A stretch of DNA of 64,000 nucleotides from Octopus vulgaris (GCA_951406725.2 OX597821.1:86118001-86182000), one strand, 5' to 3'. Shown: positions 14,493 to 29,800, counted from the first letter of the stretch. Numbers and translations are program-made. The notes: generated from the sequence alone by a model not told the origin.

Positions 14493-15399
14493 GTGGTGGT
14501 GGTGGTGGTGGTGGTGGTGTTTAACCCCTGATCGAGCAGAAATTTGATTGATGGCTTTCCAGATGCAGCAAATCTCTCTCTTTGTTTATCAGAACGATAT
14601 TGCCTGAGGCAGTCATGGGTAAACTGCGGCCCGCGGGATTTTCTGAATGGCACACCAACAAAAAAATTACCTTGAATATTTTTAATAGTGTGGCCCAACT
14701 GATGATTAAGCAATGCCTCATGTGGCCCTCTTCGCTATATAATTGGCCCATTCAAAGGGCTGATTTGCCTGCTTTTTCTAGCAGAATGGGTGATCCTCTC
14801 TTATTTTCTTTTTATCCGTTTCAGTCATTAGTCAGCAGCCATTTTGAGGAACCGCGTTGAAGAATTCTTTTAGTCGAAGGAATCGACTCCAGTATTTTTT
14901 ATTGAGTCTTATTATATTGGTCTCTTTTGCCGAACCTCCAAGTTACAGGGATGTAAGCACACCAACACCTGTTGTCAAGCAGTGGTGAGGGACACAAAGA
15001 TACAAACACACACACACACACACACACATACCTTTACACGACGAGTTTCTTTTCTGTTTCCTTCTACCAAATCCACTCACAAGGTTTTGACCGGCTCGAG
15101 ATTATAGTAGAAGACATTTGTCCAAGGAGCCACGCAGTATACTGAACCCGGCACTGTGTGGTTAGGAAGTAAGTTTCTTTATTTCATGAAATTGATTATA
15201 GAAGCCTTACATAGATGGGACAAACAAGGACAGACAAACAGAGAGAGAGAAAAGTTGCTTACAACGAATGGAAATTTTTCGGATGATGAATATAAATGTC
15301 ATGCGGTGAAATATATCTTTCTTTTTTTAAATTTCAAATTAAACATGATAATCATTACAAATTCTGCAATATGTATAACTGAAGGAAAGGTATCCAACT

Positions 15400-17140
15400 G
15401 CCAGATTCGAACCATTACTTTCCCTCTGGCCCCACTTAACTGGTTCCAGTCATTCGCAGCATGTTCATTACTTGCTTCCATCTTTTCACGAACATATCCT
15501 GTGATAGGCATTTCTTCTTCAGCCTGATTTTACTATCGAGGTGGTAACTAAAGAAGTTAACCAACCCATGGCCGGAGCCGAAGGTACCTGTCACTATACC
15601 TCTTACACGCGTTCTCCATACTGCTTCTTTCAGTACGGCAACTACGCAAAAAAAAAAAGCCTTCCTTTCCCTGTCAAGGGGAAGAGACTGTACAATCTTG
15701 ATAATAGACTCAACCGATAGCTGTACTCTTAACATTATTGACAACAATTGCTCGACAAAAACTATCAGTCCCGATAATTCCGGACACTTCACGAAGGCGT
15801 GCAAGACATTTCCTCTGTCCCCACCCTGCACCTCGGGCATGTCGGGCCGACTTACCAGCTAGTCTCGATCAGGCAAAGCCGAACGGTAGCACTGCCAAGC
15901 CAGGGATTTCTGGTAATTATCCAGATGCCCCGGCCCGAAACTTCTGAACTGGTTGATCAACTGATTTCCAATGAAGTCCAGGGCCTCCCTCAGGACATTG
16001 TCTGACATAAATTCTACTAACCCGCTGTAGAAATCCGCAGTGCAACTCCTGTTGCCGGTATTGCCCGCCCGAGAGAGTAGCTGGAGCGCCTGACGGCACT
16101 CACATTGTCAATCCCCCAGCTTCGTTTGATCCATAGACCGATATCCATTAAGGACGTCAACTGAGAAAGGTAGAACCTTACGTACGGTGACTACACCTGC
16201 TCCCCATCCTGGTAAAGCCAGAAGGTGGCTCAACCTTAACGCGAATTTTCGCATCTTCAGCCAAGGCATCCCCAACCCACCCTTTAGCGGTTTGGGGAGC
16301 AGACAGCGCTTCACCAGTAGTTTTCCTCCCTTCCATAAAAAGCGGAAAAGGATTCTTTCCAACTTGTTCATCCACACATCGGGGCAAGGCAAAACGGTTA
16401 AATAGCAGGTGATTAAAGAAGCTATGAACATCTGCGCCACATTCCGCCCTCCCTATCAAAGATAACGCCCGCCCAGACCAGGTCTGGGTCCGGGCAGTCA
16501 CCTTGCCCGTGACCACGCTCCAATTTTTCTCTATCTGGAGGTCTGGACCGAACCAGACCCTAACAACTTTACCAGAACTTCCGTCCAACGCCCCACGACG
16601 TTATTAGACAACACTGACTTGCCCCTCCAGATACCGAGTTGCAAGCCGACCGACTTGTCCTGATTAACCATTGCTCCTTCCACCGCCTTGTATCCTTTGA
16701 TGGTGCTTTCCGCATCAGGAAGCTGCCCTTTTTCAGGCACGATGATGGAAATGTCATCCGCACACGCAGTAGCTCCTCTTCCACCCTACAGATCATGCAG
16801 CACGCCCCTAACGCCTCCAACTTCCGCAGCAATGGCTCAAGAGCCAGTACATGCAAAAGTGGGGACAGGGGACATTCCTGGCGTACTGAGCGTTCAGTCT
16901 TGAACGGCTTTTCAAAAAACCGTTCACTCGGACGAAAGACTCGATGTCACTGTACAAAGAAGCAATCCAACCGCGGAAAGTCGGGCCCAACCCGGCCTCC
17001 TCGAAGATCGCCGCCAGGTACCGATGGTTGACCCTATCAAATGTTTTAGACCAGTCTAAATGTACAAGTACCCCACCTTTGCCAGAAATTTTCCAAACCC
17101 TCTCTAAGGAGTAGCGTATAAAATGGAGGTTGTCGTGAAT
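15400..17140 (-). mobile_element. Decayed L1/Tx1-clade LINE (RT and downstream region)
   Basis: IHDNLHFIRY...LDWSKTFDRVNHRYL...WIASLYS; SVRQECPLSPLLHVLALEPLLRKL; ADD; W....LSLIGRA; FRFLWKG...KGGLGMP. Multiple frameshifts. Confidence 0.88.
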
Positions 17141-17282
17141 TGATGCTGCTGCTGCTGCTACTGCTGCTGCTGCTGCTGATGATGACGACGACGACGACGA
17201 CGATGACGACGATGATGATGATGATGACGACGACGACGACGACGACGATGACGACAACGATGATGATGATAATGTTGATGAT

Positions 17283-17670
17283 AAATACCCAAATGCAATA
17301 CCAGGCAGTGACGTTCATGGCTTCTGATCGTAACTGCTTAGAAGTGTTAACATTTACATATTTTGTCCTGGTGTAAACGATGGTCTACAGCAAATATTCC
17401 GCTCAGTACCATAGATTTGCTTGTCAGTTGCTGATCGTAACCAGTTGAGCATATCCCATAGTGGTTAACGATATATGCATCTCTGATCACGAGCTGAAGT
17501 AGAGGGGAAGCATCACAGCCATGTGTTGAGAAGAATTCTTTGGGGTTTGAATAATAAACCCCTAGAAAACTAAGTGTTTTGTTCATCATTTTTAAATAAC
17601 CCTTATTCAGGGACCCTTCAAGCGGGATAGCCTACACAACCTGAAGAAAAATCTAATCCGGCTCCACCTT
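17283..17670. mobile_element. Older partial copy of the 61556-62099 element
   Basis: Collinear similarity to 61556-61925. Confidence 0.65.
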
Positions 17671-17790
17671 AGTTGGAGGTCGATAAAATAAGTACCAGCT
17701 GATACCCGAAACTGCTGGCCTTGTACAAAAATAGGAAACTATCCTCATTATCATTATTATTATTACTATTACTATTATTATTATTATTAC

Positions 17791-17835
<45 letters not shown>

Positions 17836-18331
17836 TATTATTTGTAACTGATCATAATCACCACAACGAGCACCATCATCATCATTATAATTATATTTCT
17901 TAATAATATCTTTTATAATATTTAAATTATTTCATATATATTATTGTTAACAGTTCGCTACAACTACCCTTTCCACCAATTGCATCAGCACTGACTGCTT
18001 TTGTGTAACTACCGTAAATATCGTTAAGAGTAATTGCTAACAAAATTGACAAAAGTTAGCAAGTAAATCGCTAAACAGAATAGAGTTATTTCCCTTGAAC
18101 CCTGTTTATAAAGCTTAGCAAAATTTACCTTCTTAATTTAACAATTCTAAGTCCGTATAGTTCTTTCTCTCACTCTCTCTCTTCATCTCTCTTCCCTCTC
18201 CCCCTCTCAATGTATATACATACATATTTCATATCTAATAAACGTGTGTGTGTGCATATATACATATATCATATATATATACATACACACAGACACACAC
18301 ACACACATATATTTATTTATTTATTTATTTA

Positions 18332-18730
18332 TTTACTTGTTTCAGTCATTTGACTGCGGCCATGCTGGAGCACCGCCTTTAGTCGAGCAAATCGACCCCG
18401 AGACTTATTCTTTGTAAGCTCAGTACTTATTCTATCGGTCTCTTTTGCCGAACCGCTAAGTGACGGGGTCGTAAACACACCAGCATCGGTTGTCAAGCAA
18501 TGCTAGGGGGACAAACACAGACACACAAACACACACACACATATACATATATATATACATACATATATACGACAGGCTTCTTTCAGTTTCCGTCTACCAA
18601 ATCCACTCACAAGGCATTGGTCGGCCCGGGGCTATAGCAGAAGACACTTGCCCAAGTTGCCATGCAGTGGGACTGAACCCGGAACCATGTGGTTGGTTAG
18701 CAAGCTACTTACCACACAGCCACTCCTGCG

Positions 18731-18733
<3 letters not shown>
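18332..18733 (-). mobile_element. tRNA-derived SINE, family B
   Basis: Head aggcgcaggagtggctgtgtggtaag...gggttcagtccc, central ttgggcaagtgtctt, internal (TA/TG)n, tail ggcggtgctccagcatggccgcagtcaaatgactgaaac. Confidence 0.88.
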
Positions 18734-18791
<58 letters not shown>

Positions 18792-18987
18792 ATATAAATT
18801 TGTAACACCTTTGCATAATAGCAACGATACATACACACACATGCATACATACATACATACACACACACACATACATACATACATACATACATGCATACAC
18901 ACACACATACATACATACATACATACATACATACATACATGCATGCATGCATACATACATACATACATACATACATACATACATACA

Positions 18988-19023
<36 letters not shown>

Positions 19024-19798
19024 TATAAATATATATAATATATATATATATGTATGTATATATATATATAACAAATTCCATATAAATTTAAATATGCATA
19101 TGCATATGCATATATATATATATTGATAAAAATGGTAAAACAACAAAAGAATGAAAGAGACCTCGATATAACGGAAATAGAGGAATTCATCTGTAAATGT
19201 AATATGTGACAATTATTCTGTAGCCGTGATAAAACTCCGAGCTTCGGATGCCGGGGTGGAAATCCACGCCGCCATCTCTTATATTGTGTTTTTTATTTTC
19301 TAATTTATGATTATACATCATTATAATTTTACTAATGATCCACTAAGTACATCATTAGTAACATGATGAAATTCTAGCAGCCAAGATACCAACTTTTTAT
19401 TTTATTTTATTTTTTCTGTTTTTAAGTTTACATTTTAACAAATATTCTTTGTTTCAGATGATAGGATGTGATTTAAAAGAATTTGGCTGTCAATTCTAGC
19501 AAAAGTGGATTTCCTGCTTTTATGTTTTATCCGTTACTTGTTGCAGTCATTGAATCGCGGCCATGCTTGGGCACCGTGTTGAAGTTTTTAGTCAAAGAAA
19601 TTGCTTCTGATACTTAATCTATCGGTCACTTTTTGCTGAACCGCGAAGTTGCGGGGACGTAAACAATCTAACACCAGTTGTCAAGCGGTGGTGGTCACAA
19701 ATACAGGCACATACATACCTAGACACATGCACAGCCATACACGCATACACAGGCATGCATAATCACACGCACATACACGTATGTGTTTGTAAATATAC

Positions 19799-19829
<31 letters not shown>

Positions 19830-20029
19830 AAGAGAGATAGAGAGAGAGAAAGAGAGAGAGAGAAGGAGAGCAGTAGAGAGAGAGAAAAAGAAAGAGAGAG
19901 AATCCAATAACCAAAACGTATACTTCAAGAAAAGAAAAACGTAGAAAATTTCCAATGCTAAATTTACACTAGACAAAATTTGGTGTGTAACCGCCACCAA
20001 GAGCCTTCATGAATGAGACCTGACTAATT

Positions 20030-20082
<53 letters not shown>

Positions 20083-20277
20083 TATGTGAGTACAGGTGCA
20101 AAACAAGGTGGAAAAAATAGTTCTCGGATACCAAAGGTAGACTAAAATTCTTTCTTTTTAAAGTTGCAAAATTATCACAGAACTGTTACTCAGAGTTTTA
20201 CGTTCTCGTTCATCGGACAGTTGTGATGAAGACTCATATATATGAGTCTTCATCACACACACACACACACACACACA

Positions 20278-20317
<40 letters not shown>

Positions 20318-21033
20318 TATAGATATATATACATGCATATATATGTATATATATATATATATATATATGTATATAGATATATATACATACATACATATAT
20401 ATGTATATATATATATGCGTGTCATCATCAGCTCGTAATAGAGTGATAGATCTGATAGAGATACTTCTGGATTTTGTTACATGATTCGAATTAAGAGTTC
20501 AAATTATAATGATCTTTACAAAAGTGATATAATCGCAGAATAAGTAACGTATTATTTGCTGACCTCCATTTACCGTTCGCGTCAAACGGTTAAATATCAG
20601 TCATGCACGAATGTCTGCGTTCGTTCCACTAAATGATCAAGGACCTTCTTTTTTTTGTGTGACATTGTTCCTTTCTTAAACTTACTTTTGTTGTTGTTCT
20701 TGTGCCATTTAAGATATTGAAGTATAGCCATGATACAGCACCAACATCTTTTTATATTCTATTACCTATTTTATTGTGAAGGCGTTTCACGTAGTGGTCA
20801 AAGTTTTGGGTGTAGCTCTTACGATCGTGGTTTCAATTCCCGAAATGGACATTTAATATCACGCCGCCCCAGTTCACTCAGCTGTAAATGAGCCGTAGCA
20901 GTAACTGGGAAGTTAATCCTGCAATGGACTAGCGTCCCGTTCAGACACCCCAAACGGATCTTTTATTTACAAGACATATATATATATATATGACAGCATA
21001 TATATATATATGACAGCATATATATATATGGCC

Positions 21034-21096
21034 AGATAACCGAAGAGATACTGTTGTGGATTTCCACTTCGGCATCTGAAACTCAGAGTTTTATTT
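21034..21096 (+). ncRNA. Hammerhead-like motif, solo pseudo-LTR fragment
   Basis: Same family as 3343-3405, between (TA)n tracts. A truncated diverged copy lies at about 19123-19280 (-). Confidence 0.6.
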
Positions 21097-21120
21097 TGAC
21101 TATTGAGTAATGTGACATAT

Positions 21121-21164
<44 letters not shown>

Positions 21165-21165
21165 C

Positions 21166-21213
<48 letters not shown>

Positions 21214-21488
21214 GAGAGAGACAGACACAACAGGTTTCTTTTCAGTTTCCATCTACCCAATCCTCTCAGAAATCTTTAGTTGGGCCGTAACTATTAGTAC
21301 AAGAGACCTGCTCCAAATGCCACGTAGTGGATCTGAACCTGAGACCATGTGGCTGGGAAACAAACTTCTTACCACACACCAACGGCCGATTTATGAACAT
21401 ACATACATACATACATACATACATACGTACATACGTACGTACATACATACATACATACATACACATATATATATCTATATGTAGATAC

Positions 21489-21579
<91 letters not shown>

Positions 21580-21637
21580 CTGTTTTTGTGCTTGAATTAG
21601 AATATTAAGTGAAAGTGCCAATTCTAATTTACATCGT

Positions 21638-21672
<35 letters not shown>

Positions 21673-21784
21673 AGCTATATGTTTCGTTTCTACGTTACAA
21701 CTATTGCAGACGGTACAGTACTTGAATAGCCATATTGGAGCGGAACTAGTCGTAATAAAAATTCAGAATATATATATATTACCA

Positions 21785-22440
21785 AGATGGCGACAAAGTG
21801 CAGACGGTTGAGAACTTCCAGAATCAGAGAGAAGGAAATCATGATGGTCCTCTGGAGGACATACATCCTCAACCACCTGGGCTTCTACTCACAGCGGATC
21901 TTGAAGCAATCCAGCGAAGCTTCACCAAGAAGATCGTCTCATTGCAATAGCTCAGCTACTGGGAACAGCTAAGACTCTATTCCCTGGGGCGAAGACGGAG
22001 AGATATGCAGTAGTATCTGGAAGATCTAGGAAGAGATTGTTCCAAACTTCGGCATTCAAAGCTATAGAAATACAAGAACGGGTCGACACTGCACAGTGCC
22101 GAGGATCAGAACACTGCCGTCGCGCTTCAGGACTAGTTACTGCAACAGCCTGGGTTTCAGGGGTGCACAGTTTTTTAATATCCTCCCAAAGAGCCTGAGG
22201 GAACTACATGAAGTGGATGTAGGTTTTTTCAAATCAAAACTGGATCTCTTCTTGTCGACAGACCCAGATGAACCTACCTCGCGACAGGAGGCGCAGATGA
22301 GGATAGCGACATCAAACTCCCTTATTCACCACGTGCCACATATCAGAGGAGGGTCTCAATAATAACAATGTAGCAAAACGTCGGTAGCCCAGCATGGCCA
22401 CAGCTGTGAGCTGAAAAGGATAACACAATAAGACAATAAA
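21785..22440 (+). mobile_element. 3' fragment of a CR1/L2-group LINE
   Basis: LEAIQRSFTKKI...LSYWEQL.LYSL.RRR; RGAQFFNILPKSLR...FKSKLDLFL...PDEP...SNSL; followed by a 3' tail cccagcatggccacagct...gctgaaa. Confidence 0.75.
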
Positions 22441-22441
22441 A

Positions 22442-23243
<802 letters not shown>

Positions 23244-23286
23244 AAAAAAGAAGTTTGAAAATGCCACTATATTAGATAAATTTTAA

Positions 23287-23329
23287 TTTTACATGTTTCG
23301 GTTCTTGAAATAACGAACCTTATCAAAAA
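23287..23329 (-). ncRNA. Minimal hammerhead-like motif, U3-A8 core variant
   Basis: uuu-UUGAUAA-gguuc...gaacc-GAAA-CAUGUA-aaa, with palindrome ACAUGU. Confidence 0.6.
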
Positions 23330-23759
23330 AATTTTTTTTATTTAATAAAGAGTATAATGGAACAGTTCATAATTGTTACATACATTCAATAGAGTCCATG
23401 CTATATACATAAAGAGTATAATGGAACAGTTCATAATTGTTACATACATTCAATAGAGTCCATGCTATATACATTCAATACAATCCATGTTCTTGAAACG
23501 CCGAAAAATATATTATAAGGTGTATAATAGAAAAAAATCCATAGTCGTTCCTTACTATTTTGTCAAGTGTAGTGCAGGAGTTCATTATAGATTTTACCTT
23601 GTGTTCCGATGGGAGCAACAGTAGTGATTCTTGGTCGTCGACTGTTAGCGTAATTTTGGTAAACTTGTGATGGTTGGGTTTATATCAGTTAAGCTGTGGT
23701 TGTGAAAGCAGTAGTGGCCGTGGTCTCTAGCACTGTTCACTGACGTCATATAATTCCAA

Positions 23760-24050
23760 ACCAATCAAAGCCAAGCTTCAACGAATATAAGGAAAGGACC
23801 CCCAACGTCATCAGTTTTTTAGCGAATCAAAATCAGATCTGACCCATAATTGTATCCTGTTAGGTGGCTAACCTTGCAGAACGGCTAGTTTGACCACAGA
23901 AGAAAAACGTCATCAATTTTTTAACGAATCAGAATCAGACCTGACTCATAACTGTATCTTGTAAGGAAACCAATCAAGCATGGCGACAAGCTTGACCACT
24001 GAGGTAAAACGTCATCAATTTTTTGACTAATCAAAATCAGATCTGCTCGC
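23760..24050 (+). repeat. Diverged ~102-bp tandem repeat, about 3 units
   Basis: aacgtcatca..tttt...aatca.aatcaga.ctg recurs at 23804, 23906 and 24008. Confidence 0.8.
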
Positions 24051-24101
24051 AGAGAAAAAAATCTTTTTATAAATTTTTCCTTCCCTAAGACATACCACTG
24101 C

Positions 24102-24296
24102 TATCTTTCGTCGCCTGGTATCTTTTGTCGCCTGGTATCTTTTGTCGCCTGGTATCTTTTGTCGCCTGGTATCTTTTGTCACCTTGTATCTTTTGTCGCC
24201 TTATATCTTTTGTCGCCTTGTAACTTTTGTTGCCTTGGTATCTTTTGTCACCTTGTATCTTTTGTCGCCTTGTATCTTTTGTCGCCTGGTATCTTT
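24102..24296 (+). repeat. 17-bp minisatellite (gtcgcctggtatctttt), about 11 units
   Basis: Directly abutting units with a few variants and no spacers. Confidence 0.9.
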
Positions 24297-24661
24297 AAAC
24301 TGGAAGGATATTTTGGATTATGTAGCCCTGCATGTATTCAGCGTGTTTCTACGATATATAATGAGAGAAACACTCGAGTCTTTCATAGGAAATGGCGTTG
24401 GCAGAGAAGTCAGTAATTTCCGTTGTTGATTTTTCTTTCACTACTTTCGCAGATTCCTATGACTCTTTGTCGCCACCCAATTCGATTATTATGAATATGA
24501 CATGGGAGCTTGAATCACAGTGAATCTTTGATTAGCTGATTACACAACCATGGACGCAACCCCTACGGATGCGTTGCATTTACTATCTTGATGGAGATGT
24601 CGATCTTGACCACTAATCTAGGATTCCTCTGCTCATCATCAATTTAAGAAGCACCAATTGC

Positions 24662-24874
24662 TCAGTCAAGCTCTTCCACTACTACTTCTTCATAGTCTGT
24701 CATGACTTGGCCGTACCCCGGCTGGGTAGCTGAACGGTTGCTATGTCTAGACAAAAGGAAGCCCATAGCTATACTAAGCACCATCATCACTCCATTATAT
24801 ATTTTCAAAATGCTCGCATACCCATGTTGATTTACTAGAACAAAACGTAGCTCCGATAACATGTCTTCATAAAA
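24662..24874 (-). CDS. Candidate terminal exon of a membrane protein
   Basis: Acceptor tatttacttacag|, 70 codons to TGA: FYEDMLSELRFVLVNQHGYASILKIYNGVMMVLSIAMGFLLSRHSNRSATQPGYGQVMTDYEEVVVEELD*. TM-like stretch then acidic tail; family not recognised. Confidence 0.4.
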   Translation of the reverse strand, partial: FYEDMLSELRFVLVNQHGYASILKIYNGVMMVLSIAMGFLLSRHSNRSATQPGYGQVMTDYEEVVVEELD

Positions 24875-25754
24875 CTGTAAGTAAATATGCAATAGGAAAT
24901 CATCATCATCATTGTTCGACCATGGTCGAGACAATGGAATTTACCATGCTACGCCAGACTTCACGGTCCATCATGGCATTACGGAGGTCCTGTTGCTGGA
25001 TGCCTGTATCCCTGGAGATTACATCAGGGTAGGAGAGTGTGCGCCCTCTGGTATTGCGAGTAGATGGCTTCCAGAGGAGAAGAGTAGAAATTACTTCTTT
25101 TTAGGAAAAGCAAATACTGCAAACAAGTAAAAATGAAAAGAAAGCGAAAAGATGAAATATCAAAGAAGGTACTTGGGGCGAAATTGCAAAAACAAAAGTT
25201 TCTTCGAAAATCCTATTGTATCTGGTAGATTGGCAGGATCGGTAGAATGGCATAATAAATCATCTAAATTATTGTCCCTTTACGTTCAGAGTCTAGATTC
25301 CTTAGGGTCGGTAAAATTAAATAGAATTAGCTACTGCAATCAAACGTAATCGGCGATACTTTCCTCCAAAATGAGAAATTTTATGTCAGCATTAGACACT
25401 AGAGGTTTCGGTTTGCTCGCCTTCGTCATATTGTATCAAGCAGCAAGTTCAAACTTCGAAGTTACTGTCAATCTCTTCCCTGTGAAAATTCAGTAAATAT
25501 GTACTCAACTAAATGTATTGAATAGTCCTTCAATTTAATGATTTTTATTTTATATAGTTACAACTTGACATAAAAACAAATATAAATATGTGTACGAATG
25601 TATGTATGCATATATGCCTGTGTATATATATGTATGTGTGTATGTATGTATGTATGTATGTAAGTATGTATGTATGTTTGTATGTATGTATGTATGTATG
25701 TATGTATGTATGTATGTATGTGTGTATGTATGTATGTATGTATGTATGTATGTA

Positions 25755-25789
<35 letters not shown>

Positions 25790-26295
25790 ATGTATGTATG
25801 TATGTATGCATGCATGCATGTATGTATGCATGTATGTATGTATAAACTAACGAGAGCTAAATAGCGTGACTGTGACACGCCTATAACGTGGTGTGTGATC
25901 AGAGATTAAGGACGGATGAGAATTAATTCTGCAATGCAATCATTCTATGGTTCTAGTCCCCAAGATAAATTGCAACTGTTGGCCAATTTGTCCCAAAGTT
26001 CTTATCTCGACGTGAAATTAACGAAGCGAATGTCAGTTATCTTCCCCTTGGTCTCTGACGTCATCTAACAAGCGTCAACCAAGATGGCGTGAATCAGCCA
26101 AGCTTTACATCCTAGAAATAGCAATAGAAATACTTTTAAATCATATCCTAATACCGAAGATCGTCTTGATTCCAAAAAGGTACAATATGTCTAAACAGAG
26201 AAATCGTAGGCTGAGATATAGGAGTTCCGGACAAACAGAATTTCGCGTTTATTAATACACACATATATACATACATACCTACATATACACACACA

Positions 26296-26347
<52 letters not shown>

Positions 26348-26940
26348 TACACACAGATATTCACACACATTCTCTCTCTCACATATACATACATACATGC
26401 ATATGTACATACATACCTACGCACACATTCACATATATGTATATACACACAAGTATGTGTGTGTGTGTGTGTAAAATAACAGTTTCACCCAACTCCTCGT
26501 GACTTAAAGTTTCGTGGACGCGTATCCGCTGAGACGGTGTGTCCTACGCGTCCGCGAAACGTTAGGTCATGTGGAACTGACCTAAACTATTATTTAAAAT
26601 ATATGTAAACCCATCAAATGCATCGAATGTTACTTTCATTCGTTTGTTCACTCACTCATATATACTATAAGTTATATGTTATATTGTTAATAAGTAAGTT
26701 TGTTAAGGCAGATCGCTGGCAGAGTCATTTGCGTACCGGGAAAAATGCTTATCGGTATTTTGTTCGTCTTTACATTCTGAGTTCAGATTCCACCGGGGTT
26801 GACTTTGCCCTTCTTCTTTTTGGGGTCAATAAAATGAGTATCAGTTGATCACTGGGGTCGATGTAATAGACAAATTCCTTCCCTGAAATTATTGGTCATG
26901 TGCCCAGATTTGAAACCAACTTGTAAGATTTGTAATATAC

Positions 26941-27347
26941 TCTTTACTCTTTTACTTGTTTCAGTCATTTGACTGCGGCCATGCTGGAGCACCGCCTTTA
27001 GTCGAGCAAATCGACTCCGGGACTTATTCTTTGTAAGCCCAGTACTTATTCTATCGGTCTCTTTTGCCGAGCTGCTAAGTGACGGGGACGTAAACACACC
27101 AGCATCGGTTGTCAAGCAATGCTAGGGGGACAAACACAGACACACAAACATACACACACATACACACATAAATATATATATACATATATACGACAGGCTT
27201 CTTTCAGTTTCTGTCTACCAAATCCACTCACAAGGCATTGGTCGGCCCGGGGCTATAGCAGAAGACACTTGCCCAAGATGCCACGCAGTGGGACTGAACC
27301 CGGAACCATGTGGTTGGTTAGCAAGCTACTTACCACACAGCCACTCC
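26941..27347 (-). mobile_element. SINE family B
   Basis: Near-identical to 18332-18733. Confidence 0.88.
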
Positions 27348-28194
27348 TTTATAAAACTAATATTTCGATATCTAACTTTGTTCCCATTCCCAAATTGCAC
27401 GAAATATCATTACTTTATAGTTCAATGAATTAGTTCTCATTCCAGGTTGCGATGATGTTAAACAGATAAGCTACCCGTATATTACAATCATGTTATTCGC
27501 GAGATGAATTCATCCTAACGCTGAAAGGTTACGAAATGTCTGTTTGCTTATAGTGGTAAATTATACGACCGCGAGACGATAGATATGAAGATATGTCTCA
27601 AAGCGTGTGTTGTGTATATGTGCAAGTCAGTAATAAATTAAATGGATCTGGATATTCCTTTGTAAATATCCCTGTCCCAGCAGTACAGGGAGAAGGCCAT
27701 CTCACTATTGTACGTAGCGGCTGTAGTGTAAAATTGACGAGTGTTGAACACTGACGAATATTGAGTTCCATCTCTCTAGCGTCAGCAGCTCAAACTAGGA
27801 CGAGCTCCGCCATATTGACTTGCTTACTTGCTTTAGACATATTATAATTGCAATTTAGCAATCCAATGACTTATGAGGAGTCACGAAGCTCCTCACACAC
27901 CACACACAAGTACATTTATATGTTTATCCTTTAAAAATGCTTGTAGCTACAAAAATTGGCCTATAACGCTTCCACCCAACTCTAACTATGACACTTGAAA
28001 ACACGGATAATTATTAAGATAGGATAGCAATAAAACTTCGTTTTTTTAATAACTTTATATGAAAATCAGTCAAGCGAAAGTTTAACTCGAATGTGCCAGA
28101 TATTAGAATCTTCAATGTTATGTTCAAGAAATGACTATAAAATGTCTAAGACTTGATCCCTTTGACTCAATTTCTCTGTTTCCCTCTTTCTCGC

Positions 28195-28271
<77 letters not shown>

Positions 28272-29362
28272 CATTTCAAGCGAAAATTCTTTCATTAACT
28301 GTGTTTATTACGAATATGCTGGTGTTCGTTTCGCATAGAAAAGGAAAATGGGTATATATGTAAAGATTTCAGTAAACTCTTTACAAAATACAGACTGATT
28401 TAATTATGAAAATTCCATGAAAATGCTGTCGCTTAATTAACCATTCCTCATGTGTTGTACTTTAAGTAATAAATACATAAATGAATAAATAAACAAAAAC
28501 TTCAGTATTGAATTCTTGCTTATTCACGTCTGCTTCACAAAGTCCATAAATTAAAACGACTGACGTAGCAACAGGACTTGTTATGACCGAGTGGATAAGG
28601 TGTCAAGTTGGAATTGGCAGGTAAAACATCGGGCAAAATACTTAGCGGCATATCATCCGTCTCGAGTTTATCCGTTCTGAGTTCAAATTCCGCCGAGGTC
28701 AACTTCGCTCTTCATCTTTTTGAGGTTGATAAAATAAGTACCAGTTGAGCACAGATGCTAATGTAATAGGCTTACCCCTCCCTCAAAATTGCTGGCCTTG
28801 TGCCAAAATTTGAAACCAATTTTGTAGTTGCTTAGCTGCAACTAAAACCAAATTGAGATTGCATGGTTTATGATTAGAGGCGATCTTCAAGGGATGTTCA
28901 CAAGGAAACAATACGGGATACTGTATACGGTCGTTTGATTGTTCTAGTAATAGTAGTGAAAACTCACTAAAATTACGCAGTGCATTTCAAATTAGATCTC
29001 CAGTTTCCAGATGATGCGTCAAATTTACATAATTTGGTTTCGTATTCTCCTCCGGACGAGGAGATAACCAATAGCTGTCCTTGTAACTAGAAAAAAAATT
29101 GCTTCGTATCTTCGTGTAGAGCTGCGCATTTAGGAAGCTCGCTTTGTAACAGTGTGATTTCTGGTCCAGTCTCACTGCGCAGCACCTTCGGTAAGTGTGT
29201 TCTACAACAGAGTCGAGTCCACCAGTGCCTTGCGAGTGAATTTGGTGGGCAGAAGCTGTGTAGGAGCTCGTCGTAAAAGAATGTGGAGATAGCAGAAGTG
29301 GAATATGCAACAACAACACTCAACAACAACAACAACAACAACAACAACAGCAGCAACAACAA

Positions 29363-29397
<35 letters not shown>

Positions 29398-29400
29398 CTC

Positions 29401-29431
<31 letters not shown>

Positions 29432-29459
29432 GCAACAACAACAACTTCAGCAACAACTT

Positions 29460-29800
29460 TAAATACTTAGAAAGTGGTTCCCACATAAAATTCAAGAGCG
29501 GATTCTCGTCCAAAGTAAATGCAGATATTAACTACAAGACGCAGAATCTCTGCATTACTTGCCCCAACTGCAAGGAAAACTACATTAGCGAAACAAACAA
29601 ATCCCTCTGCCAACGTGCAAGAAACCACAGAAAACAGATCCGACAGGAGGAATTACGCAAAATTCCGGTGAGCAAGCATCTAGAAATATGCGGTGAAGGA
29701 AAGTTCAAAATCTTTATTTTACAAATGTTCAAGAGATGACCCAAAATTTCGAAAAGCAATGGAACTTCATCAAAAACTTTTCTTCAAAATTATACGTTTG
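29460..29800 (+). mobile_element. Penelope-like GIY-YIG fragment
   Basis: NLCITCPNCKENYISETNKSLCQRARNHRKQIRQEELRKIPVSKHLEIC, homologous to the C-terminus of ORF 43057-44043. Confidence 0.8.

Noticed and set aside
24102-24296. Regular short repeats, superficially CRISPR-like
   Set aside because: Units abut with no unique spacers, the context is eukaryotic and there are no cas genes.
26056-26090. TGACGTCA plus AAGATGGCG (CRE/YY1-like) cluster
   Set aside because: Short motifs with no linked first exon; insufficient to call a promoter.
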